Assembly: GCA_965243125.1 (NCBI GenBank)
Contig: OZ251529.1
Span: 1,683,729-1,747,728, forward strand
Source: Dehalococcoidia bacterium
GTDB taxonomy: Bacteria; Chloroflexota; Dehalococcoidia; Bin125
DNA length: 64,000 nucleotides
Direction of reading: 5' to 3'
Shown here piece by piece: positions 9,870-18,846 of the stretch; position 1 is the stretch's first letter; each line of letters begins with the position of its first letter. The notes beneath the pieces were generated by a model. That model was not told where the DNA came from, ran no database searches, and worked only from the letters and a program-made list of their open reading frames with translations. Both the position numbers and the translations under genes were made by a program.

Positions 9870-10892
9870 GTGGCGCAGGACATCAGCGATCCGCTCGACG
9901 CGCTGACGCGCCTGATCGACGCCGTCGCCCGGCAGCGCCTCCCACTCGAGCACGAAGACCTGTACGCGGTCAGCCGCCTGCGCGCCGGCCTGGGCGAGCA
10001 GGTGCGCGCCGGCCTCAACGCGCTCGACGAGTCGGGCCGGTTCGCGCTGCTCGGCGAGCTGCAGGAAGCCATGGCCGACGGCGGCGGTCTCGAATTCACC
10101 GCCGTCTTTACCGTCTGCCTACAGGACGACGATCTTCCTGTGCGCGGTCTGGCCGCCGCTGGGCTGGCCGGCTGCGAAACGCCGGAAGCGACCGCCGCGC
10201 TGCTCGGCTCCGCGCGCTCCTCGCAGGAAGACGACACGGTGCGCGCGGAGGCCGTCGCCGCGCTCGGCGAGGTCGCGCTCCGCGTCGAACTTGGCTGGGC
10301 CGGCGCGGAAGAGGCCGGCGAGGTGGTCGGCGCGCTGCGCGAGATTGCCGAAGACCTCCGCGAAGAGCCGCCGCTGCGCGCCGCCGCGATCGCCGCCGCC
10401 GCGGTCGCGCACGAAGACTGGGTGCCTGCGCTGATCGACGATGCCTACGGCAGCGAGGATCCCGCGCTGCGGCTCGGCGCAGTTCAGGCGATGGGCCGCA
10501 ACGCCGATCCGATCTGGCTGCCGTCGCTCGAAGCCTCGCTGTTCGCCGACGAGGCCGACGAACGCAGCGCCGCAGCCGCGGCGATGGGCGAGCTCGGTCT
10601 CGAAGACGGCGCGCCGCCGCTGCTCGATCTGCTCGACGAAGATCTGGCCGATCTTGACGTAATGATCACCGCCGTGCGCGCGCTGGGCGCGATCGGCGGC
10701 GAAGAGGCGATGGGGCGGCTGGCCGAGCTGCGCACCCACCCCGACGAGCAGCTGCGCGACGCCGCGCACGAAGCGATCGAGGAAGCCGCCCTGCTCGAAG
10801 GCGACGTCGACGCCGGGTTTGACGCCGCGCAGCTCGGCGCAGTGGACGGAGAGACCGATCAATCGCTGCTGCCGAATCGGGAGTGGTGCTAA
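9870..10892 (+). CDS. HEAT/PBS-lyase-like repeat protein
   Basis: Repeated motifs of the form VRxxAxxALGxIG recur, and the protein is acidic. Confidence 0.55.
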   Translation: MAQDISDPLDALTRLIDAVARQRLPLEHEDLYAVSRLRAGLGEQVRAGLNALDESGRFALLGELQEAMADGGGLEFTAVFTVCLQDDDLPVRGLAAAGLAGCETPEATAALLGSARSSQEDDTVRAEAVAALGEVALRVELGWAGAEEAGEVVGALREIAEDLREEPPLRAAAIAAAAVAHEDWVPALIDDAYGSEDPALRLGAVQAMGRNADPIWLPSLEASLFADEADERSAAAAAMGELGLEDGAPPLLDLLDEDLADLDVMITAVRALGAIGGEEAMGRLAELRTHPDEQLRDAAHEAIEEAALLEGDVDAGFDAAQLGAVDGETDQSLLPNREWC

Positions 10893-11425
10893 CCTCAGAT
10901 CTCCCGCGAATCGGCGGACGGAGGGCGCTCTTGGGCGCATCGCGCAAGCACGGCAACAAGCACGGTAACAAGCGAGGCAAGAAGAAGTCGAAGCGGCTCG
11001 CGGTCAGCGCAGGGGGCGTGGTCTGGCGGCCGGCGGACAACGAGGATGACCGGGTGGAAGTCGTGCTCGTCCAGACGCCCGCCCAGCGCTGGGGCCTGCC
11101 CAAAGGCAAGCCCAACAACGGCGAGCGGCTGCCCGACACCGCGCTCCGCGAGGTCTCCGAAGAAACCGGCCTGACGGTCGCGCTCGACCGCAAAATCGGC
11201 GTGATGCGCTACACGTTTCCCGGCGACGACGCGCGGATCGACAAGGCGGTTCACTTCTGGCTGATGAAGCCCACCGGCGGCGCGCTCGAAGACCACGACG
11301 ACGAGCACATCGATGTCCGCTGGTTCCCGCTCGGCGACGCGCTCCGCACCGTCAGCTACCGCAACACCGTCTCGATTCTCGAAGACGCCGCAGAACTGCT
11401 GCTCAACGATCAGGGCACGGCGTGA
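10883..11425 (+). CDS. NUDIX hydrolase
   Basis: The Nudix box GLPKGKPNNGERLPDTALREVSEETGL is present. The exact start is uncertain. Confidence 0.75.
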   Translation: MVLTSDLPRIGGRRALLGASRKHGNKHGNKRGKKKSKRLAVSAGGVVWRPADNEDDRVEVVLVQTPAQRWGLPKGKPNNGERLPDTALREVSEETGLTVALDRKIGVMRYTFPGDDARIDKAVHFWLMKPTGGALEDHDDEHIDVRWFPLGDALRTVSYRNTVSILEDAAELLLNDQGTA

Positions 11426-11477
11426 GGGCGGGCGGCGCGGGTATGGCGGCAGGTATGGCGGAGGGACGGCGACCGGC

Positions 11478-12050
11478 GTGACGACCGTTGATCACGACGT
11501 GATCGCCGATGGCGAGCTGGTGCGCTTGCGCCGCAAACGCCCGCACGACGCCTACCTCGACTGGACCTGGCGGCGCGATGTCGATCTCGCCTCGCTGGAC
11601 GCAACCCGCACCACGACCCTCTCCTTCGAGCAGTTTCGCAACCAGTACCTCTGGCAGCTGCAGCGCAACGAGATCTACCGCTCAACCTTCGCGATTGAGG
11701 ACCTTGAGGGACGCCACATCGGCAACGTGATGTACTACAACATCGATCGTCAGTCGCAGGAAGCCGAGCTGGGCGTCCTGATCGGCGACCGCGACTACTG
11801 GGGCGGCGGCTACGGCCGCGAGGCCGTTTCGCTGCTCATTGATTTCGTCTTCACCACCACGGCCTTCCGTCGCGTCTACCTACACACGCTTGACTGGAAC
11901 GTGCGCGCCCAGAAGGCCTTCCGCGCCGCAGGCTTCAAGGATTGCGGGCGCGCGCGCCGGGGGCACCAGCGCTTCCACATCATGGAGGTGCGCCGCGAGT
12001 GGCTCTGGGAGCGGCAGTACCAGCTGCGCGGCATTCCGCGAGACCGCTAA
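11478..12050 (+). CDS. GNAT family N-acetyltransferase (RimL-like)
   Basis: The acetyl-CoA binding region IGDRDYWGGGYGREA is present. An in-frame GTG start was chosen downstream of the NUDIX gene; the listed 11313 start overlaps that gene. Confidence 0.65.
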   Translation: MTTVDHDVIADGELVRLRRKRPHDAYLDWTWRRDVDLASLDATRTTTLSFEQFRNQYLWQLQRNEIYRSTFAIEDLEGRHIGNVMYYNIDRQSQEAELGVLIGDRDYWGGGYGREAVSLLIDFVFTTTAFRRVYLHTLDWNVRAQKAFRAAGFKDCGRARRGHQRFHIMEVRREWLWERQYQLRGIPRDR

Positions 12051-12077
12051 TCACCCGGCGTCAAGCGCACTCCCGGA

Positions 12078-12099
12078 GCGCCCCCGCATGCGGGGGGCG
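12078..12099 (+). terminator. GC-rich hairpin gcgcccccgcatgcggggggcg, possibly bidirectional, between convergent genes
   Basis: A perfect 9-bp stem sits 28 bp after the GNAT stop. No T-tract follows, which is common in high-GC genomes. Confidence 0.3.
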
Positions 12100-12100
12100 T

Positions 12101-12180
12101 CCTTCGGGAATCGCCCCTCTATGCAGATGCAGTGCAGGGGGGCTGTCGCGGAGCGACTGGGGGTCGGCCCGGCGCCCCCG
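12101..12180. repeat. dispersed approximately 70-80-bp element of the GGAATCGCCC...CTGGGGGTCGG family
   Basis: It is about 80% identical to 43232-43300 and related to 184-242. At two loci the element lies immediately 3' of a MaoC hotdog gene on the minus strand. Confidence 0.5.
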
Positions 12181-12192
12181 ATCAGGCCCGGG

Positions 12193-12648
12193 CTAGCCGC
12201 GGCTGGGGAGGATGACGGTGCCGACGCCGGGGGTGGAGATGCTGCCGTCGGCGCGCACGCCCTGGATGGCCAGCTCGACGTAGTTCTTCTCGCCCTCGGT
12301 GTACTTGCGCGTCACCGTGCCCTCGAGCGTGAACTTTTGGTCGACCAGGTCGTCCTTGCCCTGCACCGCCGGGTCCATGCCGCGGTAGGAGCACTGCACG
12401 CGCTTGACCTGGCCCTCGGGGCCGGCGAAGCGCCAGAGCAGCTCACCGAGAAAGGCGTGCTTCAGCGCGCCGTGGACGATGATGTCGTCGAGCCCGGTGT
12501 CCTGCGCGTACTTCGTGTCGTAGTGGATCTGGTAGAAGTCGCCGGAGCCGGCGGCCCACTGCACGAGCTGCTGGCTGGTCGGGTTCTTCTCCAGCGTGGG
12601 GATGCTGTCCCCCTCCTCGAAGTCCTCGAAATAGTGCTGGTCGGCCAT
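12193..12648 (-). CDS. MaoC-like (R)-specific enoyl-CoA hydratase hotdog domain protein
   Basis: Hotdog-fold signatures are present, including DxxxxH-like HYD and the central helix region IVHGAL. Confidence 0.7.
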   Translation of the reverse strand: MADQHYFEDFEEGDSIPTLEKNPTSQQLVQWAAGSGDFYQIHYDTKYAQDTGLDDIIVHGALKHAFLGELLWRFAGPEGQVKRVQCSYRGMDPAVQGKDDLVDQKFTLEGTVTRKYTEGEKNYVELAIQGVRADGSISTPGVGTVILPSRG

Positions 12649-12710
12649 GCTGCGGTCCTTTCTGGCGGTCGTGCCTGCCGTTTTGCTTGCGGTCGTGTCT
12701 GCCGTCCGGG

Positions 12711-13232
12711 TTACTCGCCGGGGCGAGGGTAGGAGATGCCGGTGCCGCGCGAGATCGCAACGACCCGGCCGTCCTGGTTGGTGTAGGTGGTGGCGGTGAC
12801 GGCGATCATCATGGGGACGCCGAGCGCGCCGCTCCAGCGCTCGCTGAGGCTCTCCAGCTTCGAGCGCGACCTCAGCACATCGCCGGAGCAGATCTGCTCG
12901 TCGAAGTACTCGATGTCGGTGCCGCCGTTGAGCACCAGCGGGTAGGGCGAGCGAAAGCCGCCGCCGCCGCGCCGTCCGCCGAAGGTGGGGTCGGACTCGG
13001 CGGGGTTGAAGATCGGCGTGCCGAGGTAGCCCGGAGGGGCGGGCAGCCCGCGGTAGCCGCGCTCGGCGGCGAGGTCGGTGTCGTAGAAGACGGGATCCAC
13101 GTAGCCGACGGAGCGGGCGAACATGCGCACGCTGGTGGTCGTCAGCTCGCTGACGGTTTCCGCGCCTTCGACGCCGATCTGGTCGCGCATCTCATCGGTG
13201 ATCGCCGACTCGAACTGTGCTTCGTCTGCCAT
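12711..13232 (-). CDS. MaoC N-terminal-like (FAS1-type) hotdog domain protein, partner of 12193-12648
   Basis: It is 173 aa with a glycine-rich loop and resembles the N-terminal half of two-hotdog hydratases. It is adjacent to and co-oriented with the MaoC gene. Confidence 0.6.
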   Translation of the reverse strand: MADEAQFESAITDEMRDQIGVEGAETVSELTTTSVRMFARSVGYVDPVFYDTDLAAERGYRGLPAPPGYLGTPIFNPAESDPTFGGRRGGGGFRSPYPLVLNGGTDIEYFDEQICSGDVLRSRSKLESLSERWSGALGVPMMIAVTATTYTNQDGRVVAISRGTGISYPRPGE

Positions 13233-13329
13233 CGCGTTCCTTCCGATTCCGTTGGGTCGTCTGTGTGGGGAAGATAGGCGCGCACGGCCCGCAGATCAAC
13301 AGATCCGCGTCGCGGCGCCCTCCGCGCGC

Positions 13330-14034
13330 TCAGCTGCCGGCCGCCGCGGCGCCGACCAGGGCGAACTTGCGGGGCCGCGCGGGCACCCAGATTTCCTCTT
13401 TCGTGGCCATGTCCACCGCGCAGAAGTTGCCCTGCTTGAGGTGGTAGACGAGTTCCTGCCAAGTGGTGATGCTGTCCGTCTCGAACCAGGTGGCGACCTT
13501 GCCGATGTCGTGGACGGCGTGGGAGTCGGTGCCGGCGGTGCCGGGCATTTCGGCGGCGGCGGCGAGGTCGAGACTGAAGCGGTTTTCGCGCTCCTTGCCG
13601 CGCCCGTTGAGCACCTCAAGCGCGACGCAGTGGGGCATCGCGAGGTTCTTGAGCGCGCGGACGATCGCCGTCTCCCACTCCTCCGGGTCGTCCTTCCAGG
13701 CGATCTGGCGTCGGTAGGGGTGAGCAAGCACCATCGCGCCGCCGCGCTCGTTGACGTGCTCGGCGAGGCGCGGCGTGCGGTGCATGCCGAAGACGTACTT
13801 CTCCATGCCCCAGGTCAGGACATGCCCCTCGTCGGTGCTGACCTCGCAGCCCGGGATCACCGCGATGCCGAACTCCTCGGCCAGCGCGGCGGCTTCTTCT
13901 TCGGGCCAGAGCGCGTCGTGCTCGGTCAGCGAGAGGCCGTCGAGCCCGGCGGCCTTGGCGCGCTCAACGAGGTCGCGCGGGTCAAGCACGGAGTCGTGCG
14001 AGCGGGGCCACGTGTGGTTGTGCAGATCGATCAG
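13330..14034 (-). CDS. PHP-domain metal-dependent phosphoesterase
   Basis: The N-terminus MLIDLHNHT is present and downstream His/Asp metal ligands are conserved. Start was chosen at this internal Met. Confidence 0.7.
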   Translation of the reverse strand: MIDLHNHTWPRSHDSVLDPRDLVERAKAAGLDGLSLTEHDALWPEEEAAALAEEFGIAVIPGCEVSTDEGHVLTWGMEKYVFGMHRTPRLAEHVNERGGAMVLAHPYRRQIAWKDDPEEWETAIVRALKNLAMPHCVALEVLNGRGKERENRFSLDLAAAAEMPGTAGTDSHAVHDIGKVATWFETDSITTWQELVYHLKQGNFCAVDMATKEEIWVPARPRKFALVGAAAAGS

Positions 14035-14183
14035 CATGGAGACTCCTGTGGCGCTGTCGGTGCGCTGCGTCAGTCTATCACCCACCGTCATCCCGCGGAC
14101 GCGGCGCGGCGCCGGGCGCGCAGGATGCCGGCATCGGGCATCGGCATCGGCGGACGGGATCGGCGGGCTTGCGGTCCGTTTCG

Positions 14184-14212
14184 TTGAGTGAGTAGGGGGG
14201 CATTGGTATCAT
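14184..14212 (+). promoter_or_regulatory. putative sigma70-type promoter of the nuo operon (TTGAGT-17 bp-TATCAT)
   Basis: Good -35 and -10 hexamers with 17-bp spacing lie about 45 bp upstream of the nuoA GTG. Confidence 0.4.
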
Positions 14213-14255
14213 CCCTACGCACCGCGCGAGACTGCGTGCGGAAGGGGAGTCGTGG

Positions 14256-14630
14256 GTGGTTCTCGAGCAGTACAGCCACTTGGGGATTCTGCTGCTCTTC
14301 GCAGTGCTGTTCCCGTCGATCCCGCTGGTCGCGTCATGGGCGATCTTCAAGTTCGGCCTGCGCCCGAAGCTGCCCAACGCGGTCAAGGGCGACACCTACG
14401 AGTGCGGGGTGGAGACGGAGGGGCCGACCTGGGTGCAGTTCAACTTCCGCTACTACCTGGTGGCGCTGATCTTCGTGCTGTTCGATGTGGAGGTGATCTT
14501 CCTCTTCCCGCTGGCGGTGGCGCTGGACTCGCTGGCCGTGTTCGGGCTGGTCGCGTCGCTGATCTTCATCGGCATTCTGGCCTTGGGGCTGGTCTACGAG
14601 TGGCGCCGCCAGGCGCTGGAGTGGCGCTGA
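14256..14630 (+). CDS. nuoA: NADH-quinone oxidoreductase subunit A
   Basis: The product has three TM helices and the motifs ECGVE and FDVEVIFLFP. Confidence 0.9.
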   Translation: MVLEQYSHLGILLLFAVLFPSIPLVASWAIFKFGLRPKLPNAVKGDTYECGVETEGPTWVQFNFRYYLVALIFVLFDVEVIFLFPLAVALDSLAVFGLVASLIFIGILALGLVYEWRRQALEWR

Positions 14631-14631
14631 G

Positions 14632-15234
14632 ATGACCGCGCAACTCGATCTCCAACAGGCGGCCGAGGTGGTCAACGCGCGTCAAGCCGACGCGGCCCGC
14701 GCGGCGGACGGCTCGCTGCTGATCGAGGCCGAGCACCTGGTGGCGGCGGTTGAAGCGCTGCGCGACGACGAAACGACCGACCTGATCTTCCTCTGCAACC
14801 TGACGGCGGTGGACCGCGAGCGGCACTTCGAGCTGGTCTACCACCTCCAGTCGCTGGACCTGAACCACATCGCGCAGCTGAAGGTGATCGCGGCGGACCG
14901 CGAGGATCCGGCGGTGCCCTCGCTGACGGGCGTTTTCCACGGCGCGCACCTACAGGAGCGCGAGGTCTTCGATCTGTTCGGCATTCGCTTCGACGGACAC
15001 CCCGATCTGCGGCGGCTGTTCCTCTGGGACGGCTTCCCGGGCTACCCGCTGCGTAAGGACTTCCTCCAGATGCCCGGCCAGATCCGCGCGGGGCTGCCCG
15101 GCTTCCCGCACGAGAGCGAGGAGAATGCCTGGCCGGTGCCGGGCAGCGTGCCGCAGCGCCCGCTGCACCCCAACGATCCGCAGGAGACGGCGGTCGCGGT
15201 GAGCGAGGACGGACCGACGGAGGCCGAGGCATGA
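14632..15234 (+). CDS. nuoC: NADH-quinone oxidoreductase subunit C (30 kDa)
   Basis: The motif EREVFDLFGIRFDGHPDLRR is present. It starts 1 bp after the nuoA stop. Confidence 0.9.
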   Translation: MTAQLDLQQAAEVVNARQADAARAADGSLLIEAEHLVAAVEALRDDETTDLIFLCNLTAVDRERHFELVYHLQSLDLNHIAQLKVIAADREDPAVPSLTGVFHGAHLQEREVFDLFGIRFDGHPDLRRLFLWDGFPGYPLRKDFLQMPGQIRAGLPGFPHESEENAWPVPGSVPQRPLHPNDPQETAVAVSEDGPTEAEA

Positions 15235-16388
15235 CCACCGTCGACGACACGCGCAGCGCCCTTTCGGGGACGATCGAGACGCTGACCGGCGACGGCTCGG
15301 AGCCGGTTGTCGTCAATCTGGGTCCGCAGCATCCCTCGACGCACGGCGTGTTCCGGCTAAAGGTGACGCTGGACGGGGAGATCGTGCAGGACGCGGAGAT
15401 GCGGATCGGCTATCTGCACCGCTCGATGGAGAAGCTCGCGGAGGAGCGCACCTACACGCAGAACATCCCCTTCACCGACCGGATCGACTATCTGGCGGCG
15501 ATGTCGAACAACCTGGCCTACTGCCTGGCGGCGGAGGAGCTGCTGGGCGTGGAGGTGCCGCCGCGCGGGCAGGCGATTCGGGTGCTCTTCGCGGAGTTGC
15601 AGCGGGTGGCGTCGCATGCGATGGCCAACGGCACGTTCATCAACGACTGCGGGGCGTGGCACACGCCATTGTTCCACATGTTCCGCGATCGCGAGCGGGT
15701 ACTGGACATGTTCGAGATGACCTGCGGCGCGCGGCTGACGACGAACTACATGCGGATCGGCGGCGTGGCGTTCGATCTGCCCGACGAGCTGCTGCCGACG
15801 CTGCGGGCGTTCCTGGACGAGATGCCGGATCGGATCGCGGACTACGAGGCGCTGCTGATGGAGAACGAGATCCTGCACGCGCGGGCGCGGGGAGTGGGCG
15901 TGATTTCCGCGGAGATGGCGATCAACTCGTCGATCAGCGGACCGGTGCTTCGGGCGACGGGCGTGCCGTGGGATCTGCGCAAGGCGAACCCCTACTGCGG
16001 CTACCAAGACTACGAGTTCGACATTCCGGTCGGGGAGCAGGGCGACTGCTTCGACCGCTTCCTGGTGCGGATGGCGGAGGTGAAGCAGAGCCTGCGCATC
16101 CTCAACCAGGTGGTGGACAACATTCCCGAGGGTCCGTGGCTGGCGGATGTGCCGCTGCACGCCCGGCCGGATGCGGGCGAGGCCTACGCGCGGGTCGAGT
16201 CACCGCGCGGCGAGCTGGGCTTCTATCTGGTCAGCGACGGCAGCCCGGCGCCCTACCGCTTCCACTGCCGGCCGCCGAGCCTGATTAACTTGTCCGCGCT
16301 GAAGGAGATGTCGGTCGGCGGCACGCTGGCCGACGCGATCGTGACGCTGGGCTCGATCGACATCGTGGTGGGGGAGATCGACCGATGA
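15231..16388 (+). CDS. nuoD: NADH-quinone oxidoreductase subunit D (49 kDa)
   Basis: The motifs LGPQHPSTHGV and RIGYLHRSMEKL are present. Confidence 0.92.
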   Translation: MTTVDDTRSALSGTIETLTGDGSEPVVVNLGPQHPSTHGVFRLKVTLDGEIVQDAEMRIGYLHRSMEKLAEERTYTQNIPFTDRIDYLAAMSNNLAYCLAAEELLGVEVPPRGQAIRVLFAELQRVASHAMANGTFINDCGAWHTPLFHMFRDRERVLDMFEMTCGARLTTNYMRIGGVAFDLPDELLPTLRAFLDEMPDRIADYEALLMENEILHARARGVGVISAEMAINSSISGPVLRATGVPWDLRKANPYCGYQDYEFDIPVGEQGDCFDRFLVRMAEVKQSLRILNQVVDNIPEGPWLADVPLHARPDAGEAYARVESPRGELGFYLVSDGSPAPYRFHCRPPSLINLSALKEMSVGGTLADAIVTLGSIDIVVGEIDR

Positions 16389-17677
16389 TCGATCCAAATC
16401 TCGCCGTGGTGCTGGGCGCGTGGTACGACTTCCGCGACCTGAACAACCTCTCGCGGTTGATCACCGAGTGGATCGCGGGCTGGGGTCCGGACTGGCTGGC
16501 CTCGATCGTGACCGGGCTGCTGGGCTCGCTGGGCGTGCTGGCGGTGATCGGCCCGACGCTGCTGGTGCTGATCTGGGTGGAGCGGAAGGTGATCGCGCGC
16601 TTCCAGCAGCGCTACGGGCCGAACCGGGTGGGTCCGAAGGGGCTGCTCCAGCCGGTCGCGGACGCGATCAAGCTGATTCTCAAGGAGCAGCTCGCGCCGC
16701 GGGCGGCGGACAAGCTGATCTTCTTCCTGCCGCCGGTACTGATCTTCGTGCCCGGCGTGCTGATCTGGGGCGTGCTGCCGTTCGGGCCGCGGATGTCCGT
16801 GGCCGACCTCAACGTCGGCGTGCTCTTCCTGCTCGCCGTCTCGGGCACCACCGTGCTGGTGATCTTCATGGCCGGCTGGTCGTCGAACAACAAGTACGCG
16901 CTGTTCGGCGCGATGCGCGCGGTGGCGATGTCGATCTCCTACGAGGTGCCGATGGTGCTGGCGCTGCTGACCCTGGTGATGTTCAGCGGCACGATGAGCA
17001 TCAACGGGATTGTCGAGTGGCAGCAGCAGGAGGACGTGATCTTCATCCTGCTCTTCCCGCTGTCGGCGATCGCGTTCTTCTTCGCGGCTTCGGCTGAGCT
17101 GAACCGCACGCCGGCGGACATCTCGGAGGCGGAGTCGGAGATCGTGGCGGGCTACCACACCGAGTACTCGGGGATGCGCTTCGGTCTGTTCTACGCCGTC
17201 GAGCTGGGCAACACGCTGGTCGTCTCGGCCTTCATCGCCACCTTCTTCCTGGGCGGCTGGTGGCTGTGGGGGCTGGATCAGTGGGTGCCGAGCTGGATCA
17301 TCCTGCTGGCCAAGACGGGCGCGGTCTACTTCCTGTTGATCTGGACGCGCGGCACGCTGCCGCGGCTGCGGATCGACCAGCTGATGAGCTTCTGCTGGAA
17401 GGCGCTGGTGCCGGCGACGCTGATCTTCGTCGCGATCGCGGCGGTGGAGCGGACGCTGCTCGTCACCCAGGGCTGGGACACGACCGTGGCGCTGCCGATC
17501 ATGGCGGTGATCAACATCGCGCTGACGTTGGGCGCGATCGCGCTGTTCGCGCGCGTGGCGCGTCCGGCGCGGCTGCGGCGTCCGGCGCGGACGACGCTGG
17601 TGCGCGATCGGGTGGGCGGTCTGGCGGCGGCGCGCGAGGTCGCGGCGCAGGCCGGCCAGCCGGGGGGCGGGGACTAA
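16385..17677 (+). CDS. nuoH: NADH-quinone oxidoreductase subunit H
   Basis: The polytopic product carries RYGPNRVGPKGLLQP and ADAIKL. Confidence 0.92.
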   Translation: MIDPNLAVVLGAWYDFRDLNNLSRLITEWIAGWGPDWLASIVTGLLGSLGVLAVIGPTLLVLIWVERKVIARFQQRYGPNRVGPKGLLQPVADAIKLILKEQLAPRAADKLIFFLPPVLIFVPGVLIWGVLPFGPRMSVADLNVGVLFLLAVSGTTVLVIFMAGWSSNNKYALFGAMRAVAMSISYEVPMVLALLTLVMFSGTMSINGIVEWQQQEDVIFILLFPLSAIAFFFAASAELNRTPADISEAESEIVAGYHTEYSGMRFGLFYAVELGNTLVVSAFIATFFLGGWWLWGLDQWVPSWIILLAKTGAVYFLLIWTRGTLPRLRIDQLMSFCWKALVPATLIFVAIAAVERTLLVTQGWDTTVALPIMAVINIALTLGAIALFARVARPARLRRPARTTLVRDRVGGLAAAREVAAQAGQPGGGD

Positions 17678-17681
17678 CGCG

Positions 17682-18329
17682 ATGAGCAGTTTCGGCTTCC
17701 ACCTGGCGTTCTGGCTGCTGGCCGCGATGACGATCGGCGGCGCGTCGATGATCATCGTCAGCCGCAACCTGATTCACGCGGTGATCTATCTGGTGATCGC
17801 GATGCTGGGAGTGGCCGGGCTGTACCTGACGCTCTCCGCCGACTTCATCGCGGTGGTGCAGGTGCTGATCTACGTGGGCGCGATTGCGGTGCTGATGCTG
17901 TTCGCGATCATGCTGACGCCGCGGGCGGAGCGGAACAACGACGAGACCTCGCTCAAGCTGCCGGCGGCGGCGGTGATGATCCTGCTGCTGACGGCGACGG
18001 TGTTCGTGGCGCTGGACACGGACTGGGGCGCGGTGCGGCAGGCGGCGCTGGCGGACCAGGCGCGGCTGATCGGTCAGAGCCTGATCCGCGAGTACGTGCT
18101 GCCCTTTGAGATCGGCGCGGTGCTGCTGACGGCGGCGCTGGTGGGAGCGATTGCGCTGGCGCGCCAGGACGACGAGGACGCCGCAATTCACGCGCAGAGT
18201 CTCCAGGCGGAGGCCGACGGCACAGCCGCCGATCTGGCGGCGCTGACGGATCCGCCGCTGGTCGAGCTGGAGGTGGACAAGAACGACGCGAGCAACCAGG
18301 GCGAGACTCCTGCGGGAGGCGGCGGCTGA
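17682..18329 (+). CDS. nuoJ: NADH-quinone oxidoreductase subunit J
   Basis: A five-TM N-terminal region carries VIYVGAIAVLMLF. Confidence 0.85.
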   Translation: MSSFGFHLAFWLLAAMTIGGASMIIVSRNLIHAVIYLVIAMLGVAGLYLTLSADFIAVVQVLIYVGAIAVLMLFAIMLTPRAERNNDETSLKLPAAAVMILLLTATVFVALDTDWGAVRQAALADQARLIGQSLIREYVLPFEIGAVLLTAALVGAIALARQDDEDAAIHAQSLQAEADGTAADLAALTDPPLVELEVDKNDASNQGETPAGGGG

Positions 18330-18643
18330 TGACGATCGGACTCGAGGAATACCTGGCGCTGGGGGCGCTGCTGTTCAGCATCGGCTTCTACATCGCGATC
18401 TCGAAAAAGAACGCGATAGGGGTGCTGATGGGCGTGGAGCTGATGCTCAACGCGGTGAATCTGACACTGGTCGCGTTCAGCCGCTTTTCGACGGCGGATG
18501 TGACGCTCTCGGCGCAGGTCTTCGTGGTCTTCATCATCGCCGTGGCTGCCGCCGAGGTGGCGGTGGGCCTGGCGCTGATTCTGGTCGTCTACCGCAACCG
18601 CCAGACGATCAACGTTGATCGCACGACGCTGCTGAAGGGCTGA
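18329..18643 (+). CDS. nuoK: NADH-quinone oxidoreductase subunit K
   Basis: It is about 100 aa with three TM helices and the motif GVELMLNAVNL. Confidence 0.9.
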   Translation: MTIGLEEYLALGALLFSIGFYIAISKKNAIGVLMGVELMLNAVNLTLVAFSRFSTADVTLSAQVFVVFIIAVAAAEVAVGLALILVVYRNRQTINVDRTTLLKG

Positions 18644-18647
18644 GCGG

Positions 18648-18842
18648 ATGTGGGCTGAATTTCTGCGCGCGCCGAACCGTTACATCGCCGAGACGTGGCG
18701 CGAGCTGCTCTACGCCGAGGGTGTCTCGGTGCGGATCGTGGTGGATCCGGAGCGGGCCGACGAGGGTGATTTCGCGCCCGTGATGCTCTACGTGCCGGAC
18801 TCGAAGACGCACGTGGCGCGGGAAATTCTGCGGAAGGTGTAG
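18648..18842 (+). CDS. small DUF2007-like protein inserted between nuoK and nuoL
   Basis: It is 64 aa. The pattern LLxxEGVxVRIVVD ... VMLYVPD ... AREIL resembles the DUF2007 signal-transducing fold. It is tightly packed, 5 bp after nuoK and 5 bp before nuoL. Confidence 0.5.
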   Translation: MWAEFLRAPNRYIAETWRELLYAEGVSVRIVVDPERADEGDFAPVMLYVPDSKTHVAREILRKV

Positions 18843-18846
18843 CGGC

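Noticed and set aside
14632-16388. Checked whether nuoB might be fused to nuoC or nuoD, or whether nuoC and nuoD are fused
   Set aside because: NuoC (200 aa) and NuoD (385 aa) are separate and of canonical size, and NuoA is 124 aa. No extra domain could hide NuoB.
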